A DNA stretch of 13,133 nt from Myxococcales bacterium (GTDB lineage: Bacteria > Myxococcota_A > UBA9042 > JABWCM01 > BTVJ01), in the NCBI GenBank assembly GCA_045863395.1, contig BTVJ01000138.1, positions 1 through 13,133 on the forward strand, read 5' to 3'. The position numbers and the translations under genes are program-made. Under the pieces are notes generated by a model. That model made no database searches. It saw only the letters and a program-made list of their open reading frames with translations, and had not been told where the DNA came from. Positions 8,004 through 13,133 of the stretch are shown here, in pieces. The stretch's first letter is position 1. Every line of letters starts with the position of its first letter.

Positions 8004-8768
8004 TCAACCCCGGCGCGCCAGGTAACCCAACTCTGTGTGACGGCCGGTGGTCTCGCCTCGCAGGTGGGCCGCGACCCCGACGAAGGGCGACCGCCAAGAC
8101 TGCACCACCGTCCAGCCGCGAAGCAGGCACTCCAGGTCGGAGGCCGTGAGCGATTGCGGGTGGCCGGCGTTGCGAGAGCCCCCAGTGGCGTCCGCGACTT
8201 CGCATGTGAGGACGAGCCAGCCGCCCGGACACAATACGCGGTGCACCTCCCGCAGGGCGGTGGCCGGGTCATTGAAGTGGTCCAGGGCATTCGAGCACAC
8301 GACGACGTCGAAGGTGGCCTCACCGAAGGGGAGTGCCTCGGCGGCGGCTGCCAGCATGACAACTCCGGGAGGAGGTGGCAGAAGGGCGGCATACTCCCTC
8401 GCCAGGTGGTCCAAGCCGACACGGGTCCCCGGGAGCGTCGCCAGGACTGTGGCCAGGCCGCATCCCACGTCGAGCACCCGCGTGTCGCCACGAAACCCGA
8501 TGGCCGCCCGGATTCGGTCCAGGCACCTGTAACGAACCCAGTAGGACTCGACGGCCTGTCGCCTGCCCACCGCCCGAAGCAGGGGAGCGAGGTTCGTAGA
8601 CTGCCAGTCGAGGGTCCAAGCCTGGTGCTCTGTGAGCCCGTGCAAGGAGGCAGCGCGGTCATCGGCCGAGGCCCTCCGGTTGGGCGACAGCTCGTTGGGG
8701 GTTGCCCCGTCGCTGGACCGATCAGATTGGCTTGTGCTCACTCTCAGGGTCTCCATCCAGACCACCAC
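8004..8768 (-). CDS. Class I SAM-dependent methyltransferase (Methyltransf_11-like)
   Basis: VLDVGCG motif I, AEALPF..ATFDVVVCSNALDHF, and ALREVHRVLCPGGWL. Start uncertain (GTG 8768, ATG 8756 or GTG 8741). Confidence 0.9.
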   Translation of the reverse strand: MVVWMETLRVSTSQSDRSSDGATPNELSPNRRASADDRAASLHGLTEHQAWTLDWQSTNLAPLLRAVGRRQAVESYWVRYRCLDRIRAAIGFRGDTRVLDVGCGLATVLATLPGTRVGLDHLAREYAALLPPPPGVVMLAAAAEALPFGEATFDVVVCSNALDHFNDPATALREVHRVLCPGGWLVLTCEVADATGGSRNAGHPQSLTASDLECLLRGWTVVQSWRSPFVGVAAHLRGETTGRHTELGYLARRG

Positions 8769-8775
8769 GGTGCTC

Positions 8776-9291
8776 TCATCTCCCCGGAGCGGTCTTTCCG
8801 ATGAGCTGTTCGACCTCCGGCATGTCTATGCATTGCACGCCTGGCTGACCGACCCACGAGTCAAAGCGGTCATACCATCTCTCGGCATACATGTAGTCGT
8901 CATACTGCCTTGAGCTCCCGGCGCCGACCGGACGCCGGTAAAGCTGCCGGAGCCACCTGCTCCGCTCCGGGCGAAGGAGCAGCACCGCCTCGCCGTCCAG
9001 CACCGGGAGCAGCACCTCCTCCGGAACGAGGCCCGCCACGACGAGGAGGGGCGGCAGGCCGGCGTTCTCCTCGTGGAGTTCGAGCCTGCGGATCACCTCC
9101 ACCAGCCGACCGTTCGCGTCGAGGATGCCCTTGCGAATCGGGATCGGATCCACGAGCGGACCCAGCATGTCCGTCAGCTCTACGACACGGTCGAACGTGC
9201 CCTGTCGGCTCGCCAGCGTACTCTTTCCGGCACCAGGCGGGCCGACGAGCCACGTCAGGCGCGCACATAGGGGTAGCGTCCAAGACTCCAT
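8776..9291 (-). CDS. Small P-loop NTPase, NMP/small-molecule kinase-like, 171 aa
   Basis: Walker A GPPGAGKST near the N-terminus and an RxxxR lid-like RQLYRR. Strong RBS AGGAGGT before ATG 9291; the ORF-track start at 9507 lies inside the upstream gene. Confidence 0.8.
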   Translation of the reverse strand: MESWTLPLCARLTWLVGPPGAGKSTLASRQGTFDRVVELTDMLGPLVDPIPIRKGILDANGRLVEVIRRLELHEENAGLPPLLVVAGLVPEEVLLPVLDGEAVLLLRPERSRWLRQLYRRPVGAGSSRQYDDYMYAERWYDRFDSWVGQPGVQCIDMPEVEQLIGKTAPGR

Positions 9292-10046
9292 GCTGACACC
9301 TCCTGACCTTCCTGAGTCTGCGAGAGGATCGGGTGCCGTGGCGCCGCCTCCCGGCACCACCGTGCGTCGGACGACACCCAGGACACCGCCAGCGCTCTGC
9401 GCGGGCGTTGTGTGGCGTTTCGACCGGACCGGTGCCAGCACGCAGAGTGGAACAGGAGCGCGTCGCCCGCCTCCAGTCGCGGCACGATGCCGGCAGGAGG
9501 CTGCCATGCGGCACCAGGGCTACCCGGCTGCGCCAGCCCCGTGTGGAGGTCGATGGACGCCCCCTTGGGACCGAGGTGAGACCCCGGCGCCACCTCGACG
9601 CCGCCATTCGACTGATCAACTGCGTCGAGAGCGAGCCAACAGACGGCCCCAGCCTCGGCCACGATGGGCCAGAACGCCCTGTCCTGGTGCCAACGAAACG
9701 GCTCGTGGCGGTCCGTCTTGCGCAGCAGGAAGTCCTGAAAGGGCACCACCGCCGTGCCCAGGGCCGTGGCCACCGCTTCACCCATGCTCATCAGAAGGCT
9801 GTGGACCGCGCCGGCCTCGTGGTGCCCCAGCGCGCCCATCCATTGGTCCATCAGGCGATCAAGGCCAGGCTGATCGGGGGGAGCTGGGGAGTGGGTATAG
9901 AGGATGCGGGCAGATCGCGGCGCGCCGCCGGCGTCCAGACGGTCCATGAGACCCAGCAGGCCACGCACATGGCCGGGTGTGACGAGACTCCGAACGACGC
10001 AGTAGCCGTCGGCCGCCCACGCGAGGGGATCAGGATACACGCTCAA
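9255..10046 (-). CDS. Phytanoyl-CoA dioxygenase (PhyH) family Fe(II)/2-oxoglutarate oxygenase, about 263 aa
   Basis: DGYCVVR, WHQD (HxD), CWLALD...NGG..V.PGSH, L.AGDALLFH..CWHRSG.N and RRAL. Probable start is TTG 10046 (GAGGAG 7 nt upstream) or GTG 10040. Confidence 0.92.
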   Translation of the reverse strand: MSVYPDPLAWAADGYCVVRSLVTPGHVRGLLGLMDRLDAGGAPRSARILYTHSPAPPDQPGLDRLMDQWMGALGHHEAGAVHSLLMSMGEAVATALGTAVVPFQDFLLRKTDRHEPFRWHQDRAFWPIVAEAGAVCWLALDAVDQSNGGVEVAPGSHLGPKGASIDLHTGLAQPGSPGAAWQPPAGIVPRLEAGDALLFHSACWHRSGRNATQRPRRALAVSWVSSDARWCREAAPRHPILSQTQEGQEVSAWSLGRYPYVRA

Positions 10047-11589
10047 GCAGCGACTCCTCGATGTAGATTGCCTTGATGCCCAGCCGGTCCGCCACGGCGA
10101 GCGCCTCCTCAGGCCGATGGGCGATGGGTTCGCCACTGCCGTTGAGGGACGTGTTGATGACTACCGGTGGGTGACCGCGAGCCTCGAGCAGGTCCAGGAT
10201 CTGCCAGAGCCCCGACCCATCCTGCTCCGTAACTGTCTGAATCCTGGTCGTACCGTCCACGTGCAGAGCGGAGGGAATGAGCGCGGCTTTGGCCTGCCGT
10301 ACTTGAGCGATCCTCAACATGTAAGGCGACGGGCCATCAAGGTCGAACCACGCGCTGGCTACCTCAGCCTTGACTGCGCAGCCGAAGGGTCTGAACGGCT
10401 CTCGATGCTTGATGGAGACATTCAGATGATCCCGCATCCCTGGCGGCGTCGGAGACGCGAGGATACTCCGGTGGCCCAGCGCTCGCGGACCGGCCTCGTC
10501 GCAGCCTCGGTACACGGCAACCACTTCGCTCGCCAGAAGCCGGTCCACGAGCCTCCGCAGCCCAAGCGGTCGGACCGCCCAGCCGTCCGCTGGGAGCACG
10601 GGCGCGGCCGGAAGCCCCAAATACGGACTGAACGACCCAGCGGAGGCGAGCACAGGAAACCCAATCTGCGCGCTCACGACAGCGGCAGCGCAAATCGCGA
10701 GCCCCCGGTCGTCGGTGAACGGGGGGACCGACAGCTCGTCCACGACGCCTCGCTCGATCAGGGCTTGGTTGGCGAGGCCGTTGAGGGCCACGCCGCCCGA
10801 GAGGCACACGCGCCTCAAGGCGCTCGCTCTGACGCCTGCGCCCACGACGTGCTGAACAATGACCTCGGTGAGGCGCTGGATGGACGAGGCGGCCCCGGGG
10901 TGCAGGGTGCCCGCCGACGTTCCGAGCTGTTCCTCGAGCCACGCGACGATGCGGGGCACCTGCCGAAATGTGTCGGGGTGTAGCTGCCGTGGGCACAGTT
11001 CGAAGGCTCCGCCCGGCAGGAGCTTCACATGGGGCTCGAACAGGCCCAGCGGTTCGCCATAGGCGGCCAGGGCCATGACCTTGCCCGCGGAGTGGTGCCC
11101 GGAGAGACCGCAGTACTCGCCCACCCCCCACCAGAGGCGTCCCAGCGAGTGGGCGGATGGCACGCGGACGAGAGAAGAGGAGAGCCCCTCCCGTCTCGCG
11201 ACCGCTGCCATGGTGCTGGTGCCGTCTCCCTTTCCGTCGATGCTCACACACAGCGCCTCCTCCCACGGCGACGCGACCATGGCGGCCATCAGGTGGCAAT
11301 CGTGGTGAAGCACCGTCAAGATTGGCGCCGTGGCGCCAAACCGGCGCCTGAGCAGAGGCTCGAGCCAACCTCGTCGCTCGGCCCAGAACGAGCGGTCTGC
11401 CACTGCGATGACATCGACTCGTCGGACGTCAAGCGCGTCCAGAAGCGCGATGATGGTCCGCTCGTCGATCAGACCGACGTTCTTCTCGCGGGTGACTCGC
11501 TCGGCCTCCAGGTTGACCTGGATGGTCCCCCGGTCGAGGACCGCGGCGGCGCCGTTGTGGTCCAGCCCACCCAGACCGAGAACCCTCAT
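10030..11589 (-). CDS. O-carbamoyltransferase, NodU/CmcH/TobZ family, 519 aa
   Basis: ERVTREK, HHDCH, IDGKGD, GKVMALAAYG, LSGGVALN, GPRALGHRSILA, KHREPFRPF, HVDGTTRIQTV and NTSLN..GEPI. ATG 11589 overlaps the upstream stop (ATGA). Confidence 0.95.
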   Translation of the reverse strand: MRVLGLGGLDHNGAAAVLDRGTIQVNLEAERVTREKNVGLIDERTIIALLDALDVRRVDVIAVADRSFWAERRGWLEPLLRRRFGATAPILTVLHHDCHLMAAMVASPWEEALCVSIDGKGDGTSTMAAVARREGLSSSLVRVPSAHSLGRLWWGVGEYCGLSGHHSAGKVMALAAYGEPLGLFEPHVKLLPGGAFELCPRQLHPDTFRQVPRIVAWLEEQLGTSAGTLHPGAASSIQRLTEVIVQHVVGAGVRASALRRVCLSGGVALNGLANQALIERGVVDELSVPPFTDDRGLAICAAAVVSAQIGFPVLASAGSFSPYLGLPAAPVLPADGWAVRPLGLRRLVDRLLASEVVAVYRGCDEAGPRALGHRSILASPTPPGMRDHLNVSIKHREPFRPFGCAVKAEVASAWFDLDGPSPYMLRIAQVRQAKAALIPSALHVDGTTRIQTVTEQDGSGLWQILDLLEARGHPPVVINTSLNGSGEPIAHRPEEALAVADRLGIKAIYIEESLLERVS

Positions 11590-12485
11590 GGCGTCAGCTC
11601 CCCCCGCGCACCGAGGGCGGGGTGTGGGATCGGACCAGCACCGCGGCAGAAGAGCCTCGGGAGCTGGAGGCGTGAGACTCCCGCGGTGACCGGGCCGGGC
11701 TCGACTGTGCATGCGGCGGCGAATCCAGCCTGGGCGACGCGCTGCACGACCCGCTGGTCCCACGCCCCGTCGGGGTAGGCGAACAGGGCCGCACCGTCCC
11801 CACCGGTGTCGTCCAGCAGGCTGCGCGACGCGGCAAGCTCGGCGCCAAGCGCGTGCTCGTCGCAGTCTGTGAGCCTCTCGTGCACTGCGCCGTGCCCCCC
11901 GATTGCCCATCCCCGCGAGACGAGCAGGCGCAGGTCCCCCAGACCGACGTAGGGGACGGCGCCCTCCGCAACCCCGGCCAGGTGCGCAAGGGCGCGGAGC
12001 CGGTCGCGGCGCTCATCGGCGGCGAGGGCGGCAAGCCAGCGCCTTGGTGCCCCGAACGCCCACCCGCGCAGATCGTCGGCGAGCGGCCCTCCCCATGCCT
12101 GGATCCGTGCGCGCCAGGCCGGCAATTCGCGCCCCACCGCCACGCAGGCGTACCAGGCGTCGAACCACAACGGCTCGCGCGTGAAGACGGGGGCCGCGGG
12201 TACAAAGCAGGTCCCGACGACCCCAAGGCTGCGACACATCGTCGCCACCACGCCCGCAACCTCGGCATATCCGTCGTCGAACGTCAGCGCGACCCGCGAG
12301 CGGCCGATCCGACTCGGTGCAGCCAGAAGCTCGTGGAGTCCGACAATCAAATAGCGCTCCGCGATCCAAGCAAGCTGCAACGCAAACGCGTCCGGGGTGA
12401 CTGCGGTCCCGCGCTCAAACCAGCACTCCGTGGCTGGCTCGCGCCGGCAGACCCTGTGGTACATGAGGACCCAGTCGTTCGTCAT
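11586..12485 (-). CDS. Polysaccharide deacetylase (CE4/NodB homology), 299 aa, no signal peptide
   Basis: VLMYHRV, ALTFDDGY, IGGHGAVH (HxxxH), FAYPDG and LPRL. ATG 12485 overlaps the upstream stop (ATGA); the ORF-track start at 12926 lies inside the upstream gene. Confidence 0.92.
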   Translation of the reverse strand: MTNDWVLMYHRVCRREPATECWFERGTAVTPDAFALQLAWIAERYLIVGLHELLAAPSRIGRSRVALTFDDGYAEVAGVVATMCRSLGVVGTCFVPAAPVFTREPLWFDAWYACVAVGRELPAWRARIQAWGGPLADDLRGWAFGAPRRWLAALAADERRDRLRALAHLAGVAEGAVPYVGLGDLRLLVSRGWAIGGHGAVHERLTDCDEHALGAELAASRSLLDDTGGDGAALFAYPDGAWDQRVVQRVAQAGFAAACTVEPGPVTAGVSRLQLPRLFCRGAGPIPHPALGARGELTP

Positions 12486-13133
12486 GGTGCCCACGCTCCC
12501 AACGCCTCCTCGATGGGCAGCCCCCCGAGACCCAGGTCGTCGTGGAGGCACCTGGCAAGTCCCCCCATCTCCACGGTCGTCCGCTCGAAGGAGGCCCCAC
12601 GATACCGGGTCAGCACGTTGTCGCGAAGAGTGACCATGACCTGCTCTCCGACACGCACTGCCCGCAGTCCCGTGACGAATGGGCCATACCCCGGCTCCGC
12701 GTGGTGCCGCTCGATGGTCACCGCGAAGTCCTGCCACCTCCGAGGCGTGGCTGAGGCCTCGTAAACGCGACGAGGGTCGGGCTGGTCGGGCGACGTCCGC
12801 CATATGGCGACTCCGTCTCCCGTCGGGCGGGAGATCACGGTCCAGCCGAGGTGCTCCTGGCGGTGCTCTGCTTCCGCCGGAAACGGCCGCAGGTATGGTT
12901 GCCCGTTGCCGACATCGCAGAACCAAGCGCGGTCCCCGATCTCGACGCGCACCAGAAGGTGGTCGTCCGGGTGGCTTACACAGGCGCCGCAGAGGTGAGC
13001 CCGATACCCGAGAGAGCGCAAGAGGGCCAGAAAACTCACGCTATGGACGTGGCACGGGCCGCCGAGGCCGTCGATGCACAGGGCAATCGCATCAAAAGCA
13101 TCATGATATCCGGGCCTATGGTGCGAGTGCGTG
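12482..13133 (-). CDS. Arylamine N-acetyltransferase (NAT)/amide synthase family protein, 5'-truncated
   Basis: The frame stays open past the ORF-track start to the window edge: ...CIDGLGGPCHVHSVSFLALLRSLGY...DHLLVRV....WFCDVGNGQP. This supplies the Cys-His-Asp triad (Cys codon 13052-13054). Confidence 0.88.
   Translation of the reverse strand, partial: THSHHRPGYHDAFDAIALCIDGLGGPCHVHSVSFLALLRSLGYRAHLCGACVSHPDDHLLVRVEIGDRAWFCDVGNGQPYLRPFPAEAEHRQEHLGWTVISRPTGDGVAIWRTSPDQPDPRRVYEASATPRRWQDFAVTIERHHAEPGYGPFVTGLRAVRVGEQVMVTLRDNVLTRYRGASFERTTVEMGGLARCLHDDLGLGGLPIEEALGAWAP

Noticed and set aside
10030..12485. Naming the genes nodU and nodB as true nodulation genes
   Set aside because: Only family-level motifs are supported; no nodA, nodC or nod box is in the window.
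8037..12998. Plus-strand ORFs across the right-hand operon, and extended starts at 9507, 10136, 11910 and 12926
   Set aside because: Antisense shadows or read-back into upstream genes; motif starts, RBSs and ATGA overlaps define the shorter genes.

Overview
High-GC bacterial DNA, most consistent with a myxobacterium-like lineage (inferred from an FrzS-like protein and a giant lipoprotein metalloprotease). The left half (1-7946) has strongly G/C-ending codons. It holds a 3'-truncated FrzS-like pseudo-receiver/coiled-coil gene on the minus strand (absent from the ORF track, ending in a 42-bp tandem repeat). Divergent from it are a 1285-aa lipoprotein metzincin protease, an MBL-fold hydrolase and a LigB/DODA-type dioxygenase with a possible Tat signal. 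The right half (8004-13133, minus strand) has more relaxed codon usage and is the 3' end of a tightly coupled operon made only of tailoring-type enzymes: NAT-family acyltransferase, NodB-type deacetylase, NodU/CmcH carbamoyltransferase, PhyH-type Fe(II)/2OG dioxygenase, small P-loop kinase and SAM methyltransferase. This operon is the best candidate for an undescribed system; its scaffold genes would lie beyond the right edge. No RNA genes, CRISPR arrays or mobile-element genes were seen.
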